Positions 21,301 through 30,923 of a DNA stretch of 64,000 nucleotides are shown piece by piece. The stretch is taken from positions 10,732 to 74,731 of the forward strand of contig CAYVMC010000008.1 in NCBI GenBank assembly GCA_964452495.1, written 5' to 3'. The notes under the pieces are model-generated. The model ran no database searches. It saw nothing but the letters and a program-made list of their open reading frames with translations, and was not told where the DNA came from. Origin of the DNA: an uncultured Muribaculaceae bacterium. Its GTDB lineage: Bacteria > Cyanobacteriota > Vampirovibrionia > Gastranaerophilales > Gastranaerophilaceae. Each line of letters starts with the position of its first letter. Positions within the stretch are counted from its first letter, which is position 1. Both the position numbers and the translations under genes were made by a program.

Positions 21301-21659
21301 TGATAGGTTATGCTTATAAGGCTCTTGGCGGGTACGAAAAAGCCGGACATATATTCAACAGTGTACTTAACAAGGGCAAAAATAATTCACTTTTTTTTAT
21401 AACACATATGGCAAATTATCTGATTGCTGATCTTTGTACTGCACAGGAAAATTATCAAACGGCATTACAAATACTTACGAACTCAATAACAATAATGGAA
21501 AGAACAGAACATCCCTGTCTTTTACTTTTATACTTGTTAAAGAAGAAATTAGTTGAAATAGTGGAAATACAGCAATATAACATTGATGTCAGTGCTGAAA
21601 AAGGTTTTATTGCACAGACAGAATTTTTGTTTAAGGGGCTTGCTGTAAAGAAATTTTAA
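18354..21659 (+). CDS. large multi-Zn-ribbon / cyclase-like / STAND-like / TPR-like protein
   Basis: Five CxxC pairs lie in the first 70 aa (CPKC..CPHC, CPRC..CSNC, CTNC..CIKC). Next is a region colinear with class III cyclase folds but without metal Asp residues, then an AAA_16-like region without GK[ST], then a helical repeat tail. I prefer the ATG at 18354 over TTG 18330. Confidence 0.7.
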   Translation: MLCPKCKKQIDDKSTVCPHCKKVLVLECPRCGNHSETNTCSNCGYIILSKCTNCGTLNRTDKKVCIKCGESTLVSAAKRLTENERFSALTLNCSNIAKLTRTLGSKKLVTKFLYKLKNLLLGLAKEEKAYFVMYTDNIFILNFASEVSEYTSAQKAMKTAIKLLNILCNLNRTLKKELMFTLEARITVEEKDLKTFFDINEDTEKVKLLDLYTEQSSEAKGLQITVDQYIYKYLRKEYKMDSLYSAEREGNIIAYYSLNTEDYIIPDKEDNDAEAELKSPAVKIVTKKELDFEQELYKKNIEGIKVNCKFEQMGAEKIYEYLKNVNFQQGNRIISLRGDAERDLPTSMVEKIIKEKAPCYTIICTENLSMEPWGFFTALVNEIYYNSHNKQSIGTKGDKMQEALIRLSPPGFADAESARLAYIETFLQLLTSLPQSVIYIENFEYIDLASLRVLEEVFSKINRTKLSFVITNCKGYALQKFMPELLKSYYYTEVFIGQMNIEEAIAQLVDSEDFKSTYYYKKIIDNAGASYLYCVNAINYLKDSGIIITFNDKTVVTDSKTVILPFDLEHLINTRLKRISKDTAKSLILAYSYILGPVIEYSILDKLGLNNADVIRELENSGFISASDSRIYIQNYEILSKSFKTTLKPEVLKYLSTNLIGKVFGNNSINYRAIISLDCLNNYSLAFSKLYELSITTLQFGDYDAYLKMCIKLLKLLKDLEKDIPEEELAEYQSDFYNNLTQLLYRYAPERIYPIAENLLQKAVKSNDDEKIVTLSNMMLQGGLLTSNYTNTVTLLQNILERLDNSALADKSGNVNYKVFSLSLVSLEIYFYLGLYDKCITVSNDILEVLTPEKIIKLKPEGFSEEQFFAHILDSFVYYLISLVLTGESNIDKNIARIKTAVGKVPASVPVFEVMRNLLCGETQVEVIPQNTDDECYTLLSKLVNSFIGFNGDYGVFAANIYDYKRTASEQSKTPYILLGDLLIGYAYKALGGYEKAGHIFNSVLNKGKNNSLFFITHMANYLIADLCTAQENYQTALQILTNSITIMERTEHPCLLLLYLLKKKLVEIVEIQQYNIDVSAEKGFIAQTEFLFKGLAVKKF

Positions 21660-21816
21660 CTTTTGCTTGCATGTAAAATGTTTTTGTAATATATTTTTCT
21701 TGTCAGAAAAAACCCACATTTGAATAATTTTCAAAAAGCAAATAATGCTTATGTTTTGATGTGTTCAAATAAAACAAATATAAATAAGTAGTAAATAAAA
21801 TTAGGAAAGGTAAAAA

Positions 21817-22482
21817 ATGACTGAAGAAGAAAAAATTGAATCAGGCGTTGTTGAATCAACAGAAGCAGAAGCTGAAACAGAAGTTGTAAGTGAAGCTGTT
21901 ACAGATGAAGCAGTAGAAGCAGCAGAAGAAAATGTTGAAGTTATTCCTGCAAAAAAACAACGTTCAAGAAAGAAAAAAGTTGAAACAAAAGAAGAGCAAC
22001 CTCAATCAGAATGGAAAGAACAGGTAGTTCAGATTCGTCGTGTTACAAAAGTTGTAAAAGGCGGTAAGAAATTAAGTTTCCGTGCAATCGTAATTGTAGG
22101 GAACCAAAAAGGTCAGGTAGGTGTAGGATGTGCAAAGGCTGCTGAAGTTATTATTGCAATACAAAAAGCCGTTGCAGACGGACGTAAAAATCTTATCAAC
22201 GTACCTATATTTAAAACAACAATTCCGCATCCGATTACCGGACGTTCAGGTGCTGGTGCTGTAATGCTTAGACCTGCATCTCAAGGTACAGGTATTATTG
22301 CCGGCGGAGCAGTTCGTTCTGTATTAGAACTTGCGGGTATTGAAAATATTCTTTCAAAATCTTTAGGTTCTAAGTCGCCTCTTAACGCTGCAAATGCAAC
22401 AATAGCTGCATTAAAGGCTTTAACACCTTTCAGCGAAGTTGCTAAAAAACGTGGTTTAACAATGGCTGAATTATTAAACTAA
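21817..22482 (+). CDS. rpsE: 30S ribosomal protein S5 with acidic N-terminal extension
   Basis: The core is [31 protein letters not shown]. It is preceded by about 60 Glu/Ala/Val-rich residues. A GGAAAGG SD is present. Confidence 0.9.
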   Translation: MTEEEKIESGVVESTEAEAETEVVSEAVTDEAVEAAEENVEVIPAKKQRSRKKKVETKEEQPQSEWKEQVVQIRRVTKVVKGGKKLSFRAIVIVGNQKGQVGVGCAKAAEVIIAIQKAVADGRKNLINVPIFKTTIPHPITGRSGAGAVMLRPASQGTGIIAGGAVRSVLELAGIENILSKSLGSKSPLNAANATIAALKALTPFSEVAKKRGLTMAELLN

Positions 22483-22534
22483 CAGCGGATTGATTTATAA
22501 ATTTAGATGATGAAATAATAAGGAATATAATAAA

Positions 22535-22726
22535 ATGAGTAAGACTGAAACTAAAAAAATAAAAATTCAATTGAAAAGAAGCCTGATTGGCTGTTCTCCG
22601 GCTCAAAGAAAAGTCGTAGCGGCTTTAGGATTAAAGAAAACAAACAGCATCGTTGAACAAAATGATACACCTATTATCAAGGGAATGATTAACAAAGTGT
22701 CACACCTTGTGGAAGTAATAGAATAA
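22535..22726 (+). CDS. rpmD: 50S ribosomal protein L30
   Basis: 63 aa with [27 protein letters not shown]. It sits between rpsE and rplO. Confidence 0.9.
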   Translation: MSKTETKKIKIQLKRSLIGCSPAQRKVVAALGLKKTNSIVEQNDTPIIKGMINKVSHLVEVIE

Positions 22727-22751
22727 CAATTATCAGAAAGAGGAATAAATT

Positions 22752-23207
22752 ATGTCAGATAAAAGAATAGAAATAATTGATTTGGCTCCTGCAGAAGGTG
22801 CTACATCTAGAGGTAAACGTGTTGGACGTGGTCGTTCATCAGGGATGGGAAAAACATCCTGCCGTGGTCATAATGGTGAAGGACAACGTTCAGGAAGATC
22901 TTCCAAAAGAGGTTTTGAAGGCGGTCAAATGCCGGCTTACAGACGTTTGCCAAAATTAAAAGGTTTTGAAATCGTTAACAAAATTAATACCGCAGCTGTT
23001 AATGTTGCAAGGCTTGAACAATGGGGTATTACAGAAGTTTCTTTAGAATCTTTAATTGATGCAGGAAGAGTTCATCCGTCATCACAAGCTTTAAGAATTA
23101 TAGGTAATGGAGATGTTTCTAAAGCTATAACTGTTAAAGCAAACTATGTAACACCACAGGCTAAAGAAAAAATCGAAAAAGCAGGCGGAAAGGTTGAGTT
23201 AGTATAA
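22752..23207 (+). CDS. rplO: 50S ribosomal protein L15
   Basis: 151 aa with the Gly/Arg-rich GRGRSSGMGKTSCRGHNGEGQRSG block. Confidence 0.9.
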   Translation: MSDKRIEIIDLAPAEGATSRGKRVGRGRSSGMGKTSCRGHNGEGQRSGRSSKRGFEGGQMPAYRRLPKLKGFEIVNKINTAAVNVARLEQWGITEVSLESLIDAGRVHPSSQALRIIGNGDVSKAITVKANYVTPQAKEKIEKAGGKVELV

Positions 23208-24541
23208 TGACACAAAATATAAAACTGCCGACAACAGCAGACTTAATGTCTATGTGGAACGCATCCGGTTTAAAAGAAAAAATTATTTTTACTTTTATTA
23301 TGCTGGTAGCTTTCCGTTTCGGTGTTCATTTACCGATTTTTGGTATTAATAATGAAGTATTTGCAAATATTGCAAGCCAGAATAACATTATAGGTTTTCT
23401 TGATTTATTCTCCGGCGGTGCGTTAGGTAAAGTATCTATCTTTGCACTGGGTATAGGACCATACATTACGTCGTCCATTATCATGCAATTACTTGCTGTA
23501 ATTATTCCGTCACTGGAAAAATTACAAAAAGAAGAAGGCGAGGCGGGGAGACGCAAACTTTCACAGTATACAAGAATATTTGCAGTTATTCTTGCGGCTT
23601 TCCAATCTGTTGTCTTTATGGCATATCTTTCTCATCTGGAAAATACAATTACGGTGAGCAGCCATACAATGTTTTATATTTCGTCAATTTTCTCATTGAC
23701 GGCAGGAAGTGCGCTTGTTATGTGGATATCGGAACTTATTACCGAAAAAGGTATCGGAAACGGTGGTTCTTTGATTATCTTCGTTGGTATTATTTCAGGT
23801 ATTCCGCTTTATACACAGAGAACAGCGCAAATTGTAATGCATGATTCAATGCTTCAAATTGGTTTATGCGTACTTTTGGCAATTTTCTTTGCAACGATGG
23901 TACTTATTGTCATTATGCAGGAAGCCGTAAGAAAAGTTATCATTGTAAATCCGAAACGTCAGGTAGGAAACAAAGTTTATGGCGGTGTAAATACGTTTAT
24001 TCCGTTCAAACTTAATCCTGGCGGAGTTATGCCAATTATCTTTGCGGTAGCGATTTTATTGTTCCCGTCAACTATCCTTAGCTTAATCGGTCAGGCACAT
24101 TTGCCTGCTGGCTGGATAGAAAATACTGTAATGTTTTTGAACAAAGTATTTTCGCCTAGCGGTATAACATATTATGCATTGTATTTCATATTAATTGTTG
24201 CATTAACATTCTTCTATGCATCAATTATGCCGAATATGCAGCCAAAGGAAATTGCAAATAACTTAAAAAAGTACGGCTCGTCAATTCCGGGGATTAAACC
24301 AGGGAAGCCGACTGCAGATGCGTTAGATAAAATATTAACCAAAACAACATTTATTGGCGCTCTGGGGCTTGGTATAATTGCACTTGTTCCGTCAATAGCC
24401 AGTTACTTCACGGGAATTACTACACTGCAAGGGATTGGAGCAACTTCTCTAATCATCATGGTTGGTGTTGCCCTTGATTTGATTAATCAGGTAAGAACAC
24501 ACCTGCTTGCAAGAAACTATGAATCATTCCTGAAACAGTAG
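23207..24541 (+). CDS. secY: preprotein translocase subunit SecY
   Basis: 444 aa with ten TM segments, the ALGIGPYITSSIIMQLL plug/TM2 motif, and a TAATG overlap with rplO. Confidence 0.95.
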   Translation: MTQNIKLPTTADLMSMWNASGLKEKIIFTFIMLVAFRFGVHLPIFGINNEVFANIASQNNIIGFLDLFSGGALGKVSIFALGIGPYITSSIIMQLLAVIIPSLEKLQKEEGEAGRRKLSQYTRIFAVILAAFQSVVFMAYLSHLENTITVSSHTMFYISSIFSLTAGSALVMWISELITEKGIGNGGSLIIFVGIISGIPLYTQRTAQIVMHDSMLQIGLCVLLAIFFATMVLIVIMQEAVRKVIIVNPKRQVGNKVYGGVNTFIPFKLNPGGVMPIIFAVAILLFPSTILSLIGQAHLPAGWIENTVMFLNKVFSPSGITYYALYFILIVALTFFYASIMPNMQPKEIANNLKKYGSSIPGIKPGKPTADALDKILTKTTFIGALGLGIIALVPSIASYFTGITTLQGIGATSLIIMVGVALDLINQVRTHLLARNYESFLKQ

Positions 24542-24553
24542 ACATATATCGGA

Positions 24554-24588
24554 AAAAGAGGATGACAATTTGTCATCCTCTTTTTTTG
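24554..24588 (+). terminator. intrinsic terminator after secY
   Basis: Stem gaggatgaca/tgtcatcctc followed by ttttttt. Confidence 0.7.
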
Positions 24589-24706
24589 TTTATAGACTAT
24601 TCTTATATTTTTCCCTGTGCTACTCTATTATTCAGATTTTTCAGGAATACTTTTAGGGGAAATATAAGAGCATATTTAATTAAAAATTATCAGACTGCTG
24701 TTATTC

Positions 24707-25843
24707 TTACTTTGCCATTGATTGAATAGCAGAGAGTATTAAGTCATAATTAAGATACTTATAAGTATTTGCATGCGTAATTCCGTCTACCCTTTCTTGA
24801 ACTGTATTCGGTCCTTCCACTATTCTGTCAAAAATTTTGTAATCAAATTTTTCGGGATTTTTTGCAAGTCTTAACAAGTCTTGTTGTGCGGGTGTCAGAT
24901 TTCCATCTGGAGATAATATATTGATTTTATAGGGTATATATTCACCCGATGTATCCATCATTTTGGGACTATTGATACTAAGTTGTACCTGTCGTCTGTT
25001 AGAGCCGTGGACAGTTCCTTCTAAAACTGTAAAATGTTTATTACCGCCGACCGGTTTAATGGTGTCAGCATGGGAATTACTTCTAATGAGTATATCAAAA
25101 TCTTTAAATCTAATTCCGTCCGGTTCTGAGATAATTTCATTTCTAGAATTGACAGAACCGTCTTTGTACCCGCCAAGGTCTCTATATACTGTAATTACAT
25201 CATTTTCTTGCGTTTTATCATAGGTATGTGGTTTTATTCTTGACCCTTTACCGAAAGTGTTTTCTATTGTTTCCGCTACAGTCCCACCGTTATTAGACAG
25301 AACTCGTCCTTTAGGCAGATTTACTCCGAGCTGTCTGTATAATTCGGCGGCTTTTAGAATGTCATTATCCTCCAGTGCTTTTTTTATGTCCGCCGGAACA
25401 GTTTCCATAACATTACCAATCCCCTTGCTTTCCATTTTCCGCCAGTAGGCAAGCAGGTTTAAATTATTCATATCTGTTTCAAGTTGCTTTAATGCATCCA
25501 ATTTTTCTTTTGGTTTTAATTTATTTATTTCTTCCAGTTTTTTTACGATTTGTTCATTGTCTTTATAATTACTTTTTACCCACTTGGCAGAGTATCCCGT
25601 TTTGCAGGAATCCATAAGCTTTTCAATTTCCTTAGCTATATCTTTTCCTTTTTTATAGCGTATTCCTCCAATTATAGTCGCAGCAATCGCAATAGCACCC
25701 GCCGTACCAATAATCGCTTTGGTGGTATTTCCTGTTTTCTTTTCCTGAATATCCGCAGCGGGTTTATTATCAAGATTGGATGTGAGTGCTTGTTTTACAG
25801 GTGACGTATTTGCATTACTTGTGATTGCTTGAACAGGTGTCAT
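24707..25843 (-). CDS. hypothetical membrane-anchored protein (378 aa)
   Basis: AAGGAG SD 7 nt upstream. It has a polar N-terminus MTPVQAITSNANTSPV, one TM helix (AIIGTAGAIAIAATIIGG), and a roughly 310-aa C-terminal domain with no motif I recognise. Confidence 0.6.
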   Translation of the reverse strand: MTPVQAITSNANTSPVKQALTSNLDNKPAADIQEKKTGNTTKAIIGTAGAIAIAATIIGGIRYKKGKDIAKEIEKLMDSCKTGYSAKWVKSNYKDNEQIVKKLEEINKLKPKEKLDALKQLETDMNNLNLLAYWRKMESKGIGNVMETVPADIKKALEDNDILKAAELYRQLGVNLPKGRVLSNNGGTVAETIENTFGKGSRIKPHTYDKTQENDVITVYRDLGGYKDGSVNSRNEIISEPDGIRFKDFDILIRSNSHADTIKPVGGNKHFTVLEGTVHGSNRRQVQLSINSPKMMDTSGEYIPYKINILSPDGNLTPAQQDLLRLAKNPEKFDYKIFDRIVEGPNTVQERVDGITHANTYKYLNYDLILSAIQSMAK

Positions 25844-26088
25844 TTGAATTCTCCTTTTATTCCTTTCATTTGACCATCTTATATTTATATAAAAACAAAG
25901 AGTTACATTTAATTGCGTACATTATATTATATTTGTTATATTATATTCCCTATGAGTACTGCTTTCTAGCTATTAAAAAGATTGTTTTAATATTTTGTTA
26001 CATTGCAGAACCTATTGTCTATGCTTATTAAATATTTCTTTCATTACTTTTTTCTGTGTTATAATTTAAGGTATAAAAAGGGGAAAGT

Positions 26089-27330
26089 ATGGGGCAGACA
26101 CTTGTAGAAAAAATCATTTCAAATCACGCAGGAAAAGAAGTTAAAGCAGGAGAGTTAGTTATATCAAAAGTTGATGTAGCTGCAGTTCAAGATGGAACGG
26201 GACCTCTGACTGTTGCCGAGTTTAAAAAATTGGGAAAAAGTAAATTAAATAATCCTGAGCGTACAATATTATTTATTGACCATGCTTCCCCCAGTCCGAG
26301 AAAAGAACTCTCTAACATGCACCTGGTATTAAGAGAATTTTCTAAAGAGTATGGTGCTGTTCTTTCTGATGTAGGAGCGGGGGTTTGTCATCAAAGACTT
26401 ATCGAAACTTACGTTAACCCTGGAGAAGTCTTGGTGGGTGCAGATTCTCATACTTGTACATCAGGAGCATTGGGTGCTTTTGCTACCGGCATGGGTTCTA
26501 CTGATATTGCTGTTGCAATGGCTTTAGGTAAAACCTGGCTTAAAGTTCCTGCAACATTTAAGATTGTTGTTAACGGTGCATTTAAACCAGGTGTTTGTTC
26601 CAAAGATTTGATGCTTCATCTGATTGGTATGATTGGTGCTGATGGTGCAACATATAAATCTCTTGAATTTTGCGGGGATACAATAAACAATATGTCTATG
26701 TCAGAAAGATTTACGCTGGCAAATATGGCTGTTGAAGCCGGTGCAAAATGCGGTCTGTTTGTTGCAGATGATAAGACAAAAGAATTTTTAAAGCAAAGAG
26801 GCAGAGAAGACAAGTTTAAACAAATACTCCCCGATAAGGATGCTGATTATGAAAGAATAATTGTTATTGATGCAGCCACTATTCCACATACAGTTTCTTG
26901 TCCGCATACAGTAGACAACACAAAGCCGGTTGAAGAATTAAAAGATGTAAAAGTTAATCAGGTATTCTTGGGGACATGTACAAACGGGCGTATTGAAGAT
27001 TTAAGAGTTGCTGCGGAAATTCTAAAAGGCTGCAGGGTGCATCCAGATATCAGGATGATTGTATCTCCTGCTTCTAAAGATGTATTTAAACAGGCACTTA
27101 AAGAAGGCTTGATTGATATATTTGTTGATGCAAATGCCGCAGTTATAGCACCGGGGTGTGGTCCTTGTGTTGGAGTTCATGCTGGAATTTTAGGTGATGG
27201 TGAAGTTTGTCTTGCAACTCAAAATAGAAACTTTCAGGGCAGAATGGGAAATACAAAAGGATTTATCTATCTTGCGTCCCCCTACGTTGCTGCATATACA
27301 GCTTTAAGAGGATATATTTCAGCATCGTAA
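26089..27330 (+). CDS. leuC: 3-isopropylmalate / homoaconitate dehydratase large subunit (archaeal-type LeuC/HacA)
   Basis: 413 aa. The N-terminus is TLVEKIISNHAG. Fe-S ligand contexts are DSHTCT, GTCTNGR and PGCGPCVG. No small-subunit gene follows. Confidence 0.8.
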   Translation: MGQTLVEKIISNHAGKEVKAGELVISKVDVAAVQDGTGPLTVAEFKKLGKSKLNNPERTILFIDHASPSPRKELSNMHLVLREFSKEYGAVLSDVGAGVCHQRLIETYVNPGEVLVGADSHTCTSGALGAFATGMGSTDIAVAMALGKTWLKVPATFKIVVNGAFKPGVCSKDLMLHLIGMIGADGATYKSLEFCGDTINNMSMSERFTLANMAVEAGAKCGLFVADDKTKEFLKQRGREDKFKQILPDKDADYERIIVIDAATIPHTVSCPHTVDNTKPVEELKDVKVNQVFLGTCTNGRIEDLRVAAEILKGCRVHPDIRMIVSPASKDVFKQALKEGLIDIFVDANAAVIAPGCGPCVGVHAGILGDGEVCLATQNRNFQGRMGNTKGFIYLASPYVAAYTALRGYISAS

Positions 27331-28767
<1,437 letters not shown>

Positions 28768-28785
28768 TAAGTTATTGATAACTTT

Positions 28786-28826
28786 ACAAAGACAAAAGGC
28801 AGGAAATCCTGCCTTTTGTCTTTGTT
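28786..28826. terminator. bidirectional terminator between eno and the convergent small ORF
   Basis: A perfect 18-bp stem acaaagacaaaaggcagg/cctgccttttgtctttgt with an aaat loop. Confidence 0.7.
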
Positions 28827-28849
28827 GTTAATAAAAAGATACAAATTAG

Positions 28850-29071
28850 TTATTTCTTTATATTGCTAAGATGTGACATAAGCTTCCCCATACCATTTCG
28901 CATTTTAATAAATGCATTAGATTTATTGACTTTTTCTGTTGGAATAAACTTATCTGTGAGATCTTTAGTAATAATACGTACAGGTTGTTCTTTCTTTTCT
29001 AAAACTAATGGACGTAATGCACTATCAATTGTAGAAACAGGATTGTCTGATATTCCAAAAATTTTTCCCAT
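28850..29071 (-). CDS. hypothetical small basic protein (73 aa)
   Basis: A perfect AGGAGG SD lies 7 nt upstream of the ATG. The gene is co-oriented with tRNA-Pro and 38 nt downstream of it. Confidence 0.6.
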   Translation of the reverse strand: MGKIFGISDNPVSTIDSALRPLVLEKKEQPVRIITKDLTDKFIPTEKVNKSNAFIKMRNGMGKLMSHLSNIKK

Positions 29072-29109
29072 AATAAACCTCCTAAACTAAATATAAGTAA
29101 AATAAAAAA

Positions 29110-29183
29110 TCGGGATGACACGATTTGAACGTGCGACCCCCTCGTCCCAAGCGAGGTGCGCTACCAAGCTGCGCTACATCCCG
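29110..29183 (-). tRNA. tRNA-Pro (anticodon UGG)
   Basis: Hand-folded cloverleaf: acceptor CGGGATG/CATCCCG, D stem GCGC/GCGC, anticodon stem CCTCG/CGAGG with loop CTTGGGA, T arm GCACG-TTCAAAT-CGTGT, discriminator A. 74 nt, with no encoded CCA. Confidence 0.85.
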
Positions 29184-29395
29184 ATGTTGTAGTTTTCGGC
29201 AGGTAGCGCACCTACGGTGCTTCCTCTCCTCGGACGTGACATTTAGTCACCTCCTCGTCGGCAGAGTCAAGCTGCGCTACATCCCGATGTGTTATTCAGA
29301 CAGATAGTACTTACTTCCTCGCTTCGGATGTGACATTTAGCCGTCTCATCATTGGCAGAGTTTGCACTACTTCCTGAATCATCAATATCTAAATT
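29184..29395 (-). repeat. two degenerate tandem copies of the tRNA-Pro 5' segment plus associated spacer
   Basis: The exact 23-nt sequence caagctgcgctacatcccgatgt occurs at 29165-29187 and 29268-29290. A block tcgga[ct]gtgacatttag...ggcagagt repeats at about 29230-29267 and 29325-29361. A third, more decayed copy of the tRNA 5' end is at about 29362-29378. Confidence 0.5.
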
Positions 29396-29598
29396 GTCAA
29401 ACCTTTATGCCCCCAGTAGGGCCATAATTTATTATATTTGCTCAATCTTCAAATTCAACCTTCCTTTCTTATATTTTTGTAAAAATTTCTTTACAAAAAG
29501 AATATTGATGGCAATTATTTTTCTTAACATGTTTTTATAAATATAAGGTTAGTAATTTGTTAAATGTATATAATGGTTAGTTATAGAAAGGATTGATT

Positions 29599-29973
29599 AT
29601 GGTACAAGGAATTTCTTCAAATGCTTCAACTTATCCGGTCAATACGCCGGCTTCTACTCAAACAGGTGTTAATAATCCTCCGGTTAGACTTCCTGAAGCA
29701 GCTATTGATGAATTTGTTCATGAATTGGAAGTTCAACACAAAAAAGGTGTTAAACGAAAAAATATTATTGGTGGAACTGTGACAGCAGCATCATTGTTAG
29801 CCCTGCTTGGCGGTTCTTTTCTTAAGAGTAAGTGGGGACGCTTAATCTCGATTGCTCCGCTCGGTCTTACTGCTCTTGGTTTTGGCGGAATGACGCTTGC
29901 TAAAGGTAATAAAACTCCTGATTTTCGAGGCATGCTTTACGAAATGGAAAGGAATTTACCCCCTCAAGCTTAA
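29599..29973 (+). CDS. hypothetical small membrane protein (124 aa)
   Basis: AAAGGA SD 7 nt before ATG 29599. It has a polar N-terminus MVQGISSNASTYPV followed by two TM helices. Confidence 0.6.
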   Translation: MVQGISSNASTYPVNTPASTQTGVNNPPVRLPEAAIDEFVHELEVQHKKGVKRKNIIGGTVTAASLLALLGGSFLKSKWGRLISIAPLGLTALGFGGMTLAKGNKTPDFRGMLYEMERNLPPQA

Positions 29974-29992
29974 AAAAAATAATTTTTACCTG

Positions 29993-30027
29993 AACTCTCA
30001 TCCGTAAATTTACGGATGAGAGTTTTT
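29993..30027 (+). terminator. intrinsic terminator
   Basis: Stem aactctcatccgtaa/ttacggatgagagtt followed by ttttt. Confidence 0.7.
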
Positions 30028-30113
30028 CATATTAAAATAATATAAAAATTTAAGATAAATCTTTTTTTTATACTATACTAAAGCTTGTAAAATAGTTAAA
30101 AGAGGATTATAAG

Positions 30114-30923
30114 ATGATAGACAAAAGTGCAGTAATTCACCCTACAGCAAAGATTGCAGATGATGCAATAATAGGACCTAATGTTGTAATTGGAGAAAAT
30201 GTAATAATAGGAAGCAAAACAAGGGTTATTGCAAATGCATATATTGAATTTGCGGAAATTGGTGAACGCTGTACAATATCTCCGTTTGCAACAATCGGTT
30301 CTGAACCTCAGGATTTGGGGTATAAGGGAGAACCGACAAAGGTTGTTATCGGTGATGATACAATAATCAAAGAAAATGTAACGATTCACAGAGGAGCTGC
30401 CTGCGGCGATTTTACAACAAGGGTCGGCAATAAGTGTTTATTAATGGTAGGTTCGCATGTTGCACACAACTGTGTTCTTGAAGATCAGGTTATTCTGGCA
30501 AATCTTGTGACATTAGGCGGACACGTTCATGTTGGTTTCGGAGCTTTTGTTGGCGGAATGAGTGTTTTTCATCAGAATATTAGAATCGGTAAAATGGCTA
30601 TAATAAGCGGTTTTTCAGCTGCAAGACAAGATATTCTGCCATATTCCAAAGGTGAAGGCAGACCGCCTATCCCGCGCGGGCTAAATGTTGTTGCTCTAAA
30701 ACGTCGCGGATTTTCTCAAGAGGACAGGACTATTGCGTATGATGCATTTAAGCTGCTTATATCAGATGAATACAATACTTCTCAAGCGATTGAAAAAATT
30801 AAAAAAGAACTTCCTGTTAATCAACTTGTTGAAGATATGATTGAATTTATACAAACCTCTAAACGCGGAGTTACTCTTAAATCGCACAAAACAGGACATC
30901 AGTCATTGGAAAGTGAAGAATAA
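30114..30923 (+). CDS. lpxA: acyl-ACP--UDP-N-acetylglucosamine O-acyltransferase
   Basis: 269 aa. It starts IDKSAVIHPTAKIADDAIIGPNVVIGENVIIG (hexapeptide left-handed beta-helix) and has the LpxA-type C-terminal helical domain. Confidence 0.9.
   Translation: MIDKSAVIHPTAKIADDAIIGPNVVIGENVIIGSKTRVIANAYIEFAEIGERCTISPFATIGSEPQDLGYKGEPTKVVIGDDTIIKENVTIHRGAACGDFTTRVGNKCLLMVGSHVAHNCVLEDQVILANLVTLGGHVHVGFGAFVGGMSVFHQNIRIGKMAIISGFSAARQDILPYSKGEGRPPIPRGLNVVALKRRGFSQEDRTIAYDAFKLLISDEYNTSQAIEKIKKELPVNQLVEDMIEFIQTSKRGVTLKSHKTGHQSLESEE

Noticed and set aside
25550-26031. 84-aa and 68-aa plus-strand ORFs
   Set aside because: One is antisense to the 378-aa gene. The other lies in an AT-rich promoter region with Tyr/Ile/Leu-biased composition and no SD.
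29125-29307. 60-aa plus-strand ORF
   Set aside because: It overlaps tRNA-Pro and its repeat debris. The Arg/Cys/Ser-rich translation is a by-product of GC-rich tRNA sequence.
29072-29592. tRNA-linked genomic island or att site
   Set aside because: The duplicated segment is the tRNA 5' end, not the 3' end that integrases duplicate. There is no integrase, excisionase or foreign-looking gene on either side.
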